From Callorhinchus milii (taxonomy: Eukaryota), in assembly GCF_018977255.1 (NCBI RefSeq), contig NW_024704742.1, positions 121,584,001 through 121,648,000 of the forward strand: a stretch of DNA of 64,000 nucleotides. Direction: 5' to 3'. The number at the start of each line of letters is the position of its first letter. Positions within the stretch are counted from its first letter, which is position 1. Positions 10,870 through 24,000 of the stretch are shown one piece after another. The translations under genes were made by a program, and so were the position numbers. The notes beneath the pieces were generated by a model. It saw only the letters and a list, made by a program, of their open reading frames with translations. It searched no databases and was not told the DNA's origin.

Positions 10870-12363
10870 GCAATATGTACACACATCTACCTTGCAGTTT
10901 AAATCACAGGAATGTTTTTTCATTTTACAGCTTTCAGTTCAAATGGTGGAAAGGATTTCAATGCATTAAAAGATTTGTTTATCATGGAATGCCCAAGTTA
11001 AGAATATCACACTCCAGACCATTATTTGACTTTCCTGACTAACTTGTTTCCTTCCAGCTTTAGTTCAGTTTACTGCTTTCTGTTGCATTTTTTTTGTAGT
11101 TCTGCAAGCTTATTATTGTGTGTGCATATGCAATTGCATAAAATGTTATTGCACAATAACCAGTCAATTGATCCATCTCGTCCATGACAATGTTTATGCT
11201 CTACACAAGCCTTCACTCCTGCTACTCCTTTGCCCATATCCCTCTATTCTCTCTCACATATATATGTGGCCAAACCCACATGAAATAACACCACAAAGGG
11301 TCTTTTGGCTGAACACTGATTTGGCAAATACAACAGTTTTAACACAACCACTTACACAAAAAGTAGAACATTTGATATTCAAGGGGGATCCACTCTGCCA
11401 TATCTGCCCTTGCTACCGCTACCCCCTCCCCTCCTCCTCTACAAGCCTGGCAAGCTTCTAGTTGTTTGTCCAGCTATGAGGTTAACAGGAGCCAAGTGGG
11501 AAGAATCCCTTCCCCTAAGCCAAGCTGGCTGTTCTGTCATCAACAGTGCCTTAGAGGAATATGGACCTGCTTGACACAAGAACAGGATGACCAAGACCAC
11601 CACATAGGGTTGATTTGATTCCACAATACATTGTCAAACATGTCATCTTGGAGCCAGCTCACCCCAAGGGGAATCCACTTGCTCATTCCCTCCACCCACC
11701 CCTGGAAGATAGTTACAAGTTGTTCATATCAAGATTGTATTTGGTTAGCCTCCTTCAAGTCCCGCCTCAAAACCCTCCTTTTCAACCATGTCATCAGTCA
11801 CTCCTCCCTCCCCCCCCCCCCCCCCCCCCCCCCCCGACCCCAGCACGGGTCTGAAATGCTGTACACTGTCTAGCACCTTGGGACGTCCTCCCGACATGAA
11901 AGGTGCTATAAAAATGTAATCTTGTTATCATGTAGTCGAGACGTCTCAAAGTGCTTCACAATATATCGAAAAGTGGATTGACTATTTTGTAGGCAAAATG
12001 CAGCAGCCAAATGCACACAGCAGTGTTTCACAAACAGTCGTGGATTGAGTGACCACATTTTTTGTGAGGGCTTATTACTCTTGGAAAGTAATCCCCAAAT
12101 TGACTAATAGAGGAATAACGAAACTTGTCTAAGGTTTTGCTCTGCCCGGGAATCGAACCTGGGTCAATTCACTTGTGAGGTGAACGCACTAACCAATATC
12201 CTACAGGACTCCACAAGGTAGTGTTTTCCCACTATATCCTTCAAAATCAAAGATCTTCCATAAGCTATCTTTAAACTGACATATGTGTAGTTTCAAGTAA
12301 CTTGTTAATCTATTTACAAACCTCAGGAATCTCTTGTCAAGCACTGCCTGTTTGTCAGACATG

Positions 12364-12650
12364 TAATAATAATAATCCTTGCATTTGATATAGCGCTTTT
12401 CACATCTTCTAGACGTCTCAAGGCGCTTCACAGAATAGACTGTAAAGTGAATTGACCGTATATTTGTGGGCAAAACGCAGCAGCCAATTGCGCATAGCAG
12501 TGTCCCACAAACAGTCGTGGATTGAATATTGTTTTGTTTTGGAGGGATTATTATCAGGCGTGTGGAGTAAGGAAACTTGAGTAAGGAATTGAACCCAGGT
12601 GTCTCACTTTCAAGGCGAGCGCTCTAACCACTGAGCTACAGGACTCCACT
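12364..12650 (-). mobile_element. tRNA-derived SINE, short form
   Basis: Reverse complement of the 1172-1497 family. Confidence 0.88.
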
Positions 12651-12814
12651 CTACATGTACAAATTGGCAGGCACATTGCCTTCAGATACACAGTAATGGC
12701 TCCTTTGTCTCTTTGTAAATAGATATCTCTGATATGATAAGACACTATATCAAATGGAAAGATTATTATTATTTATCTGCCTGAGTCTTGCCTTAAAACC
12801 TATCTATTTGACTG

Positions 12815-13535
12815 TACTGATCAAGCACTGATCCTTGTGGCACTCCACTAGTCACATCCTGCCAATCTGAGAAGGAACCATTTATCCCTACTCTGTTTTC
12901 TTCCTGTTAGCCACTCTCCCATCCATGCTAATATATTACCTTTAATTCCATGGGCTCTAATCTTATGCAACAGCCTTTTATGTGGCACCCTGTCGAGTGC
13001 CTTCTGGAAATCCAAATACACCACATCTATTGGTTCCCCCCATCTAACCTGCTAGTTACATCCTCAAAAAATTCTATAAGATTTGTTAAGCATGATTTCC
13101 CTTTCGTAAAGCCATGCTGACTCTGCCTAATCATGTCATGATTTTCTAAGTACCCTACAACGACGTCCCTAATTAAGGACTCTAGAATTTTATAATAAAT
13201 ATAATAATTTTCCTTACTACTGATGTCAGACTAACTGGTCTATAGTTCCCCATTATTTGTCTCCCATCCTTCTTAAATATCAGCGTTATGTTTGCGACCT
13301 TCCAATCAATGGGAACCATTCCAAAATCCAGAAATTTTTGGAAGATCAAAAACAAAGCATCCACTGTCTTTGCAGTCATCTCTTTTAAAACCCTAGGATG
13401 CAGGCCATCAGGTCCAGGAGATTTATCAGTTTTTAATCCTATCAATTTCTCGAGTACTATTGCTTTACTGATGTTCATTTCTTTAAATTCCTCACTAACA
13501 TTAGCCTCCAGGTTCCCCTCTATTTTCAGTAAGTT
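12815..13535 (-). mobile_element. CR1 LINE RT fragment (separate, more decayed copy)
   Basis: KSPGPDGLHPRVLKE...GNYRPVSLTS ORF, followed by a GVPQGS-coding region. Confidence 0.88.
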
Positions 13536-13686
13536 AATATCAGCACAGACTAGTGATTGAACCTGTGACTATCTCATTCTGTATGGGTCAGTTGCACACT
13601 TGGCAGTGACTTTACAAATTGTTTCTGTTTCAAAGAATTTGACACCCAACGTTTTTAATTTGCGATCCCTCTTATACATAACTACA

Positions 13687-16670
13687 ATTCATAGATTCAT
13701 AGAATGTTACGGCACAGAAAGAGGCCATTCGGCCCTTCGAGTCTGTGTTGGCTCTTTGACAGAGCAAGTCACTTTCACTAACCCCAATCACCAGCTTTCT
13801 CCCCATAACCCTGCAAACCCGTCTTCCCCAGATACCTATCCAGTTCTCTCTTAAAAGCTGTTATCGAATTGGACTTCACTGCCCTTTCAGGCAGATCATT
13901 CCAAATTCGAACAACTCGCTGAGTGAAAAAAATTCTTCTAACCTCCCCTCTGCTTCTTTTGGTAGATATCTTAAGACTGTGACCATGGGTCACAGACACA
14001 CCTACCAGCGGGAACAGCTTTTCCCTATCTCGCCTGTCGAAACCTTTCATGATCTTGAAGACCTCTATCAGGTCCCCGCGTAACCTTCTCTGCTCTAATG
14101 GGAAAAGTCCTAACTTCTCCAGCCTGTCCTCATAGCTAAGGTTCCCCATTCCTGGTATCATTCTCGTGAATCTCCTCTGCATCCTTTCCAGTGCCTTAAT
14201 GTCCTTCCTGAAGTAAGGTGCCCAGAACTGGACGCAGTACTCCAGCTGAGGCCTAACCACTGTTTTGTATAGATTAACCATAACCTCCCTACTCTTATAC
14301 TCTATGCCCCTACTAATAAAGCTCAGTACACCAAATGCCTTTTTTACTGTCTTACTGCCTTTTTTACTGCCCAAGCGAGACACCTGGGTTCAATTCCAGG
14401 CACAGGGCGAAACCTTGGGCAAGTTTCCTTACTCCACACGCCTAATAATAATCCCTCCAAAAAACAATAATAAATTGGTCATTTTCAATCTACGACTGTT
14501 TGTGGGACATTGCTGTGCGCAATTGGCTGCCGCGTTCGCCTACAAATATACAGTCAATTCACTTTACAGTATATTCTGTGAAGCGCTTTGGGACGTCCTC
14601 CTGACGTGAAAAGCGCTATATCAAATGCAAGGATTATTATTATTATTATTTACCTGCCCCGCTACCTTTAATGATTCATTTACTTGAACACCCAGATCTC
14701 TCTGTACGTTCACCCCCCTTAAGATTAAGCTACCAAGTCTATATTGCCTCCTATCATTCTTCCTACCAAAGTGTATCACCTCACACTTATCCACATTGAA
14801 ATCCATCTGCCACATGTCAGCCCATTCCACCATTCTGTGTATGTCTGCTTGCAGTTGGTTACAGTCCTCCTCACTATTTACTACCCTACCTAACTTTGTA
14901 TCATCTGCAAACTTGGAAATAGTGCTCTCTATGCCCAAGTCCAGATCATTAATATATATTAGAAAGAGCAGTGGTCCCAATACTGATCCCTGGGGGACAC
15001 CGCTGCACACCTCCTTCCATTTTGAGAAACACCCATTAATCACCACCCTCTGCTTTCTGTCACTCAGCCAGTTCTTAATCCAAACTGCCACTGTCCCCTT
15101 AATACCGTGGGCCTCTAATTTTTGTATTAATCTTTTATGCGGTACTGTGTCAAAAGCCTTTTTGAAATCCATGTAAATAACGTCCACCACATTTCCCTCA
15201 TCAACCCTCGCAGTCACCTCTTCAAAAAATTCTATTAGATTTTTTAGGCAAGATTTGCCTTTAACAAATCCATGTTGGCTGTCTCTAATTACCTCATGTT
15301 CCTCTAAATAGAGATTTATTCTGTCCCAGATTATGGTCTCCAGTAATTTTCCTGTTAACGAAGTTAGGCTGACTGGCCTGTAATTTCCGGGTTTGTCTTT
15401 CTGCCCCTTTTTGTAGAGAGGGGTAATATCAACCACTCTCCAGTCTCTTGGCACCACTCCTGTGTCCAGTGAAGATTGAAATATAATGGCCAAAGCCTCC
15501 GCAATTTGAACCCGTATCTCCCACAGCAACTTTGGGTGAAACCCATCTGGTCCTGGTGACTTATCAATTTTGAGCCCAGTCAATCTTTTCAGAACTTCCT
15601 CTCTGTCTATAGTAATCTGATCTATTTCCTCTACCCTCTCATCCAATACTGTGGCATTTGGGGCATCCATTTCCGTTGTGAAGACAGATGCAAAGTACTC
15701 GTTCAGTACATCAGCCATGCCCTCTGCCTCCACAACAAGATTGCCATCATTGTCTTTGATTGGCCCCACCCTACCTTTAACTAACCTTTTTTCCTTTATG
15801 TGCTTGTAAAATATTTTAGGATTCCCCTTTATGTTACCCGCTAACCTCTTCTCATGTGATCTTTTATCCTGTCTTATCACTCTTTTAAGATCACTCCTGC
15901 ATTCTCTATAATGCGCTTTGCTATCCTCAGTATCTTGCATCTTCCAATTGTCGTACTCCGTCTTCTTCTTTTTCATCCTAGACAGAATATCCCTGGTCAT
16001 CCAGGGTGGCTTGGTTGTCGCACATTTCCCTTTGGGGGAATATATCTATTTAGACCTTGAGCTATCATATCTTTGAAGATCTCCCATTGCTCATGAGTCG
16101 TTTTACCTGCTAGTCTTACTTGCCAGTCCATCAACTCTGGGTCCCTTTTTAGCCCATCAAAATTAGCCCTTTTCCAGTCAAGCATTTTCACCCTTGACTG
16201 TATTTTGTCCCTGTTCATGAGTAATTTAAATCTAATAATATTATGATCACTGTTACCTAGATGCTCCCCTACCGAAACCTGCTCAACCTGACCTATTATA
16301 TTCCCCAGAACTAGATCCAGCAATGCTTCCTTCCTCGTAGGACTGGAGACATACTGCTCAAGAAAATTTTCCTGTACACAGTCTATGAATCTTTCTCCTG
16401 CCTTGCCCTTAGCGCTGCTATTTTGCCAGTCTATATTGGGATAATTGAAATCCCCCATTATCACAACTCTGTTCGCCTTACATCTATCCGCGATCTGGTT
16501 GCAGATCTGCTCCTCTATCTCCTTCCTGCTGTCTGGTGGTCTATAGTAAACCCCTATCAGTGTAACCACTCCTTTCTTATTTCTTATCTCTAACCAAATG
16601 GATTCTATTTTTGGGCCCTCCAGAGCCTCGTTCCTATCTACAGCTATAATTGTATTGTATAATTGTATTG
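13687..16670 (-). mobile_element. CR1-clade LINE, 5'-truncated, ORF2 (partial APE endonuclease plus RT), split by a SINE at about 14370-14651
   Basis: Minus-strand ORFs carry GVYYRPP, MGDFNYPNIDW, SDH (endonuclease), PGNYRPVSLTS, DFKKAFD, GVPQGSVLGP, KFADD (RT) and [13 protein letters not shown]. There is one frameshift near 16000. The 3' tail reads attctatgaatctatgaat. Confidence 0.95.
14370..14651 (+). mobile_element. 5'-truncated tRNA-derived SINE inserted into CR1 ORF2
   Basis: Family sequence from caagcgaga to (tta)n; the CR1 reading frame resumes on both sides. Confidence 0.93.
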
Positions 16671-17729
16671 TTCCAGATTCCAGATTTTTAATTTGTAGCT
16701 TGTGCTAAGTTATCTGTTGTCCATAGAGCACTGTTGGGAAATGTTACAACCAGTCTCAAAGGTTCCCAATCAAGATTGCTGATTGATATCCAGTGATGCT
16801 CAGTGCTAGAGGCACATACTTTGGACATGGGTTGGGTGGAACTGGAAAAAGCTTTTCTATGTTACCATTGTTTGACTAAATGTACTTATTTCCCACTGTT
16901 AAGCAACAATCCTGTGATAAACAGGACAACCACATGCATTGGCACCTTCAGGAAAAATGGCTTTTTGGTCAACCAAGTATGTGACATAGAAAGCTAACAT
17001 TGCATATCAGTGTCTTAAAACACAACGACTAAGAATTCTGCACATATTCTTTGGTTAGCTGGGATAGAAAGTGCACTCTTTCACAAGAGCAGTGGCGGCC
17101 AATCTTTTTGGTCGGCCAACAAAATAAATTTTCTTGGTGAATATTTCTTGATTTATGCCATAAATCTTGGTACCAGAAAGGGATTCTTACATTCGACATA
17201 GTCCTTATCACATTCAAACATCTCAAAGTAGAGTGATAGTGTATTTGTAGGCTAATGTGGTAGCAAATATGCACATAGCAATGTCCCATGAACAGCCATG
17301 AAGTGACTGATCAACTTCTAGTCCAGGGGATTATTGGCCAGGACACCAGGAGAAACTTGTTTCTCTTTTCAAATGGTGCTATGGGATCTTCACTGTCCAT
17401 CTGAACAAACAGACAGAGAATCCTTGTTTATCTGAAGGTTGGTATCTCCGACAATGTAGCCCTTTCCCAGCAATGCATTCCGAGAAATCAGGTTCGACCA
17501 TGAGCTCAAAGTTTTAATGAGAGCTTCCTGGTTGGCGGGAGCCGAGGCTTGGGGTCTCAAAGTGTGCATTGGAGTAAAGTACTCCTGAATTTAACAAGCT
17601 GACCTTGCAAGCTTCCTGTTGCTTGTCCATCTAAACTACTTTATCCGTTAGAGGCTTTTCCTTGCATGGTTACCAGGTGCCAAGTGGGAAGAATCCCATG
17701 ACTGGGCTGTTCCTCAAAGTCCCACTAAA

Positions 17730-18310
17730 CCTTTCCGGCACCTCCCTCCACAGGCTGCAGATCATTCAGAACTCTGCAGCTCGTGTACTGTCCCGCACCA
17801 GGCTTCGCGACCACATCATTCCCACCCTCGCTCGCCTCCATTGGCTCCCCATCCACCAGAGGATCAAATTCAAGATCCTCATCCTCACCTACAAGGCCAT
17901 TCACGGCCTTGCTCCCTCCTACCTCTCTGACCTACTATCCCCCTACTTACCTGCCTGTACCGTCTGTTCCTCTGGCTCCGGTCTGCTCCACATCCCCCGC
18001 CCTAACCGCCCTACCATCGGTGGCCGGGCTTTCAGCCTCTCAGCCCCTAGGCTCTGGAACTCCATCCCCCAGTGCCTTCGCCTTGCTTCCTCCCTTTCCT
18101 TCTTCAAGGCCGTTCTCAAAACCTTTCTCTTCAACCGTGCCTTCACCTCCCCTCTCAACTCTCTACCCCCTCCTCGCTCCCTCCCTTCCCTCCCCTCACC
18201 CTAACCATTTCCCCCCTGCTCGGGTCCCGATCCAACTGTCCAGCGCCTTGGCACGTCCTCCTGACGTGAAAGGCCCTCTATAAATGCAATCTTGTTGTAT
18301 CTTGTTGTTT
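17730..18310 (+). mobile_element. L2 LINE 3' fragment
   Basis: [13 protein letters not shown]...[15 protein letters not shown]...FKAVLKTFLF, a pyrimidine tract and a ttgttg tail. Confidence 0.92.
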
Positions 18311-20489
18311 GTCTTGCTGGCCTGTATGGACTGCCTACCAATGAGCCAGGCTGGCTGGTCCATCATCAACAGTGCCTTGGATTCTGCATATCTGCCTGGC
18401 TCAGGTACTGAACCACCAAAAATGTCACAGAGGATTGATTTCATTTTCAGGAAAAGGACGATTAGAGGGAAACAAATGCTCAGAAATATGAAGAAAATAC
18501 AGTTGTGAGATTGTTGGAGTTCTGATGACTAGTTTGCATTTGTAGTATATAATTTTCAGCTGTTGTTAGATGCTGCAGTCCCATCACACATTGTTGGTTA
18601 TCCTCTGCAATAAAATGATATATCTAATTCCTCATTCACCTTACTGGGCAAATGCTCTACTGAAGTCGTGGAGACCTGCCTCAAGAGGAATATTTACTCC
18701 ATTGCTGCTGGCCGCAGTATAAACATCATCTCTGGTTTTCAGCCCATTCATATCGGCTAAGGCCTTATTCTTGCTGGCCTGTATGGACTACTCTCGGATA
18801 TCAGGCAATTTCATTTGTTCTGTGTTATCTGCCTCCAAGGTGAAGCACTAAATTCACACCTACAATAGTTTAGAATATTACAAAGCTGTTTCTTTTTGAA
18901 GTGACTCAGCAGGTTGATCAAATCGGTTGCTACACTGCAGAGCTGCAAATAGATTGAAGAACTTTTTCTCTCCCTCTTTAAATACAAAGTACGAAGCACT
19001 TGTTCTGGAGAAAAAACTGTGGCCTTTTGTAGTCTGCTAGAAATTGCACAACAGACAACAGTATTTCACTACAAATTCTTGATAGGTGTTTGTTGACCCC
19101 CAGCTCGGGTCCAAAACACTGATTGTCCAGCGCCTTGGGACGCTGTCCTGATGTGAAAGTTGCTATACAAATGTAATATTGTTGCTGTATGGAGAATCAT
19201 GGAATGTTTACAACATAGGAGATCATTGGGCCTATCCTCTGTGCTCGTGCCAGCATCCATCACTGGAACTAGGTACTGTAAACCCATTTCTTTGATCCTT
19301 ACGCATACCTTCAATTGTATTTTCCCTCAAATACCTGTCTAATTCTTTTTTTTAAATGATATTACTTTGCAGTGCCTTCAGCCTTTCTGTTCCCGCTCTC
19401 TGGAACTTCATCCCGGAGTTCCTTCGCCTCGGCCCTTCTCTCATCTCCTTCAAGGTCCATCTCACGATCGTACCTTTGGTCATCTTCTCACCCCTCCCCT
19501 CCCAAATAAAACCAGCATCTCAAGTGCAAACTCTTGACTGTCCAGCACCTTGGGACTTCCTCCAGATGGAAAAGATATAATAATAATAGTAATCCTTGCA
19601 TTTGATATAGCGCTTTTCACATCTTCTAGACGTTTCAAAGCGCTTCGCAGAATACACTGTAAAGTGAATTGACTGTATATTAGTGGGCAAAACGCGGCAG
19701 CCAATTGCACACAGCAGTGTCCCACAAACAGTCGTGGATTGAAAATGACCAATTTAAGATGCAATATAAATGCAATTTGTTATTGTTGTTAGTGAAACAT
19801 CGATTTGAGGTGAGACATTTCCACGACCTAACAACCTCCCGCCTGTGCAAAAGATATTTTTTTCCTAAACTTTCCTTTTCGTTTCGTGGTAATAATGGGG
19901 TATAAGGCAGGACATTTTTTTTTATATCATGTAAACTAAGGGGTGAAAATCCCCACCAGCCCCTAGGAATTCCACAGCGGGAATTTCAAAAGTTCCCACT
20001 AGTAAATTGCCCTTGCATGACAATAATAATAAATTGTGATTTCGTTGGCATTCTCCAGGCAGTCACCCAGTGCCTTTAGGCAACATTTTAAGCATTCTAA
20101 GGTTTGAAAGAAATACCCGAAGCATTGCTTGATCTGCAGAAATCTCTTTTAATGTATCTGGATGTGGGGATTAAATGTGCAGCCCTTTGAGTTCAGTCCC
20201 CACCTGTCACAATTCCTTAAAATAAGCCCTGGTATAAGAAGATCAGGCAAGAGGTTGGTGTGTGTGTGTGTGTGTGGGTGTGTGACTGAACCAGGGAGTG
20301 ATTGCAATATCAGCCACTTCTGGAAATACTGGTTGTTGACCGAAGGAGGTCCCAGTAACCGCTCACAGCCTCACTGTGTGCATATTGATTCTCATAACAA
20401 CCGTCAAACATGAGGCTAAGTGCACCGACTGAGAGCTGTGCAAACACTGAGGGAGGGGATTGATTTTAATATTGATGATCAAAAAAAAN

Positions 20490-20721
20490 GCGCAGCCAAT
20501 CGTGGGCTCTGACGTTTTCGGATCTCTGCAACTTTTATCACAAGTTCCCACAGCGAAGGCGATCCCCTTTCCCGGATTACTGGGTGTTGGGGGAGGGTCA
20601 GGGACAGGTGTCTGTGTAGGTGAGGAGGAGAAGAGAGAGAGAGAGAGAGAGAGAAGTTTCTCAATCACTGACTTCTGAGACTTTCTCCATCGCTGTGAGG
20701 ACCTATTTGAAGCCCCTCCAG
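20490..20721 (+). promoter_or_regulatory. Possible ELOVL7 promoter and non-coding first exon
   Basis: Locally CpG-enriched unique sequence with CCAAT (20496-20500), a TGACG half-CRE, an (AG)n tract and a strong donor CCAG|gtgagc at 20721. The first coding exon has an upstream acceptor, so a non-coding exon should exist somewhere; this position is inference. Confidence 0.35.
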
Positions 20722-23696
20722 GTGAGCAAACTTGCACTTTAAATCCCACTCTTTCAGTAACATCTAATGTAACTGTAAACACTGCACCTGTTGCTCACTC
20801 TGTAGCAGAGTATCTCAAATCTCCTTTGGTGGTGGACAGGTGAGTGGGAGAAAGCAGAGCCCCCACCACCCCACTGAGATGAATAGGTTGTTGTGGGGGG
20901 TATTGTATTTCAGTATCATTGGGGGAAGTTGTTAACAGTTTTGAACCATATACCCTTTTAAAGTTTTATTGGATTTTAAAGAGTTCTGACTGCCTCCATC
21001 CTTCCCCACTGTATGTGTCGTGGGCTTTGGGGAGAAATCTGATTCCCTCAACCTGTTTGGTTGACATGGGCTCTGGCTCTGGCTGGGACTTGTTTTTAAT
21101 CCATGTGTAAGTGAATAAATCCCAAACCCACAAGTCATTTCATCCGGACGTGGAGTAGAAGTGGGATTTGGTATCTGCAGAGCTACTTTTGATTGAAATT
21201 GCCCCAATCGGAGTCTGTGTTTTTTTTCTCTCTCTCTCCCTGTGGTTCAGGAATGAATGAGTTTGTGGCCAAGTTTCTGTGTTGGAAATGATGGGGAACC
21301 TGTTTGTGTGGTTAAGGAAGAAGCAAATCATTGCAGTAAAAGGTGAACCTAACCACAGCCTCTCCTGCAGCCTCTCCTGTTCAGATTACCTGAATCACAG
21401 CAAAGTGCTGAAATGAAGACTGACTTAACTTTGTTCACAAGTCGCTTTGTGAGTCCCTGTCCTTTAAACATGTGGATTAGCAAAGTGAATTGGAGACTCT
21501 GAGCTGATCCCCAGATTGTCTCTCCAATGATGCAAACTTGATTTGGGGCTAAAAGATAATCAGGTGCCTGGTCCTGAGTCACAAGGACCACATTGTGTGC
21601 AAAGAGCTTTGGAGAGTCTCTCGATCGCCCCTTAAAGCTTCCTGGTCGATGGATGGAGTGCAGGTTTCATGGAATTTTCTGGAATGCTGTAGAACTGCAA
21701 GTTTGATCCAGTTTTAAGTAGTTGAATCCACTTGGATCTTTGCTCACTTTATTCTTTGAATCAAAAGCCCAGGGTTGGGTCCATGGTAACATAACTCCAA
21801 GTCTCTCTCTTCCACTTTAGAAACCTAGTGTGTATGTTTTTTTTAAGTGTCTTAAACTCTGTGACCTCACTGTTTGTGTACAGTTAGTAGTAAATGGCTG
21901 TTTCAGCACCCTGGGCTAGGGAGGGGGAACCAAACAGCTTGGATTCCTTACTCCTGATCTCCTGCTGCACTGATGCATAAAGTTGCAACCTGGCAAAGTT
22001 TTCTTCAAAATAATATCTGGCTGGCAAAATGGCATCTAATGTTTTTCCTGTCTTGTAAATTTTCTGCTCAGTGTGTCTGATTTGATGTGACCTTGTTGTG
22101 TGCTCCATTTGGCTTCAAGTCCCACTGTGTGTGTGTGTGTGTGTAGAGCAGTACATGGTGACATGGCACCCTTTGTTTTCAGGGAGTTTGTGACTGTTTG
22201 TGGGAAATTGCTGTGTGCAAATTGACTCCGGCATTCGCTCACAAAGTACACCCATACCGTGCCTTCAGCTCCCCTCTCGACTCTCTTCCTCCTCCTCGCT
22301 TCCTCCCTTCCCTCCCCTCACCCTGACCATTTCCCCCCTCCTCTCTCCCTCCCTTCCCTCCCCTCACCCTGACCATTTCCCCCTGCTCGGGTCATGACCC
22401 AACTGTGCAGCGCCTTGGGACGTCCTCCTGACGTGAAAGGTGCTCTATAAATGGAATCTTGTTGTTGTTGTTGTTGTTGTTTACAGTATATCCTGTAAGG
22501 TGCGTTAAGATGTCTTGATGAGGTGGTAAAGCACTATATCAAATGCAACGATTTTATGAAGAACATGACTGGTGGTTGATTGTGTTTGTGTTCTGAAGGC
22601 TTCAAAGGCAATTCATTAAAATGTTTTTTTTTACCTTGTCCAGCCTACAACCCAAATTTACATAGTGCCTCTCATGTTGGGAGGATGTTCCAAGGTGCTG
22701 AACTTTGCAGGATTTGTACCTGAGCTGGTGAGGAGGGATGGGGAAGATGGTCGAAAGTAGGTCAAAGAGTGGTCTTGCGGGAGGTAAGCGAAGGGGCGAG
22801 TTGCAAGTCCACAGAAAGGGGGCAGATGTGCTGAAAGCCTAACTGCTGATGGTGGTGCATGTGATATGAGCAGCCAGTGCCCACTAAATAGAGGTAGCGG
22901 CTGGGTTGGTGTTGAGGGCCAGAGGTAAGGTAGGGCAAGACTGTGGAGGGATTAAATATGAAAGAGAGAGTGTGTGTATGTGTGTGTGTTCTGATGTAGG
23001 ACATGAATCCACAACCTTCTGTCTGAAAGGAGAGTGCTATCTACTGAGCCAGACTGACGCCTAACTAGCAGGTGAAGCAAGAATGATGCATCAAATTCCA
23101 GTGTTGTATTCCTGAAACTTCTTGAATTTCTATCTTCATTGCAGTATTGATAGATTTCCCTGATTAGTAAGGGGAAGCTACTTTTTTGATTGAGCTCCTC
23201 CACTACTCGTGATGACTTTCTTGACAAAGAGAACGATCCTGATAATATTTCCCTGGATAATGTTGAATCTGGGATCATGGATCCAAAAATTGGACACAAC
23301 ATTATCAAGTCCATGGGGGAAAAAATAGCCAGTGATCCTGCTTCCCTGCGATGAAGTTTCCATTGCTTCATACACAGTGTGCAAGTAATGACATTAGCAA
23401 TGCACACAGAGCAATCTGCTTGAAATGGCAATAGCTATACCATGTGTACAGTGTGGACTTAACTGAACCTGAGATTTAATTAACTGGAACATGTTCAAAT
23501 GTGGCTGTGCTGACACTTGATTCATTGTCCTATCAGGTGTAAACTGATGCACTACCCTGCATTGTGTCTTTACGAACCACAAAAGGTTCTAACCTTTTTA
23601 TGTTAAGATTTGACAATGTCAGTCAGCGAAGTGATGAAAATGTTTCTTTAATAAACTGGGTCAGAAGATTGTGGGTTTGGGAATAGACTAGATTAT

Positions 23697-24000
23697 GTGG
23701 AGTCCTGTAGCTCAGTGGTTAGAGCACTCGCTTTGCAAGTGAGAGACCTGAGTTCAATTCCAGGCAGGTCAGGGCGAAACCTTGGGCAAGTTTCCTTACT
23801 CCACACACCTAATAATAATCCCTCCAAAAACCAAAAACAATAATAAATTGGTCATTTTCAATCTACGACTGTTTGTGGGACTGCTGCGTTCGCCCACAAA
23901 TATAGAGTCAACTCACTTTACAGTATGTTCTGTGAAGTGCTTTGGGACGTCCTCCCGACGTGAAAAGCGCTATATCAAATGCAAGGATTATTATTATTAT
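23697..24000 (+). mobile_element. tRNA-derived SINE, short form, with a small internal deletion
   Basis: Same head, body and tail as 1172-1497. Confidence 0.92.

Noticed and set aside
14621..16000. 459-aa RT ORF as a possible domesticated or novel reverse transcriptase
   Set aside because: Ordinary CR1 ORF2, 5'-truncated, frameshifted and interrupted by a SINE.
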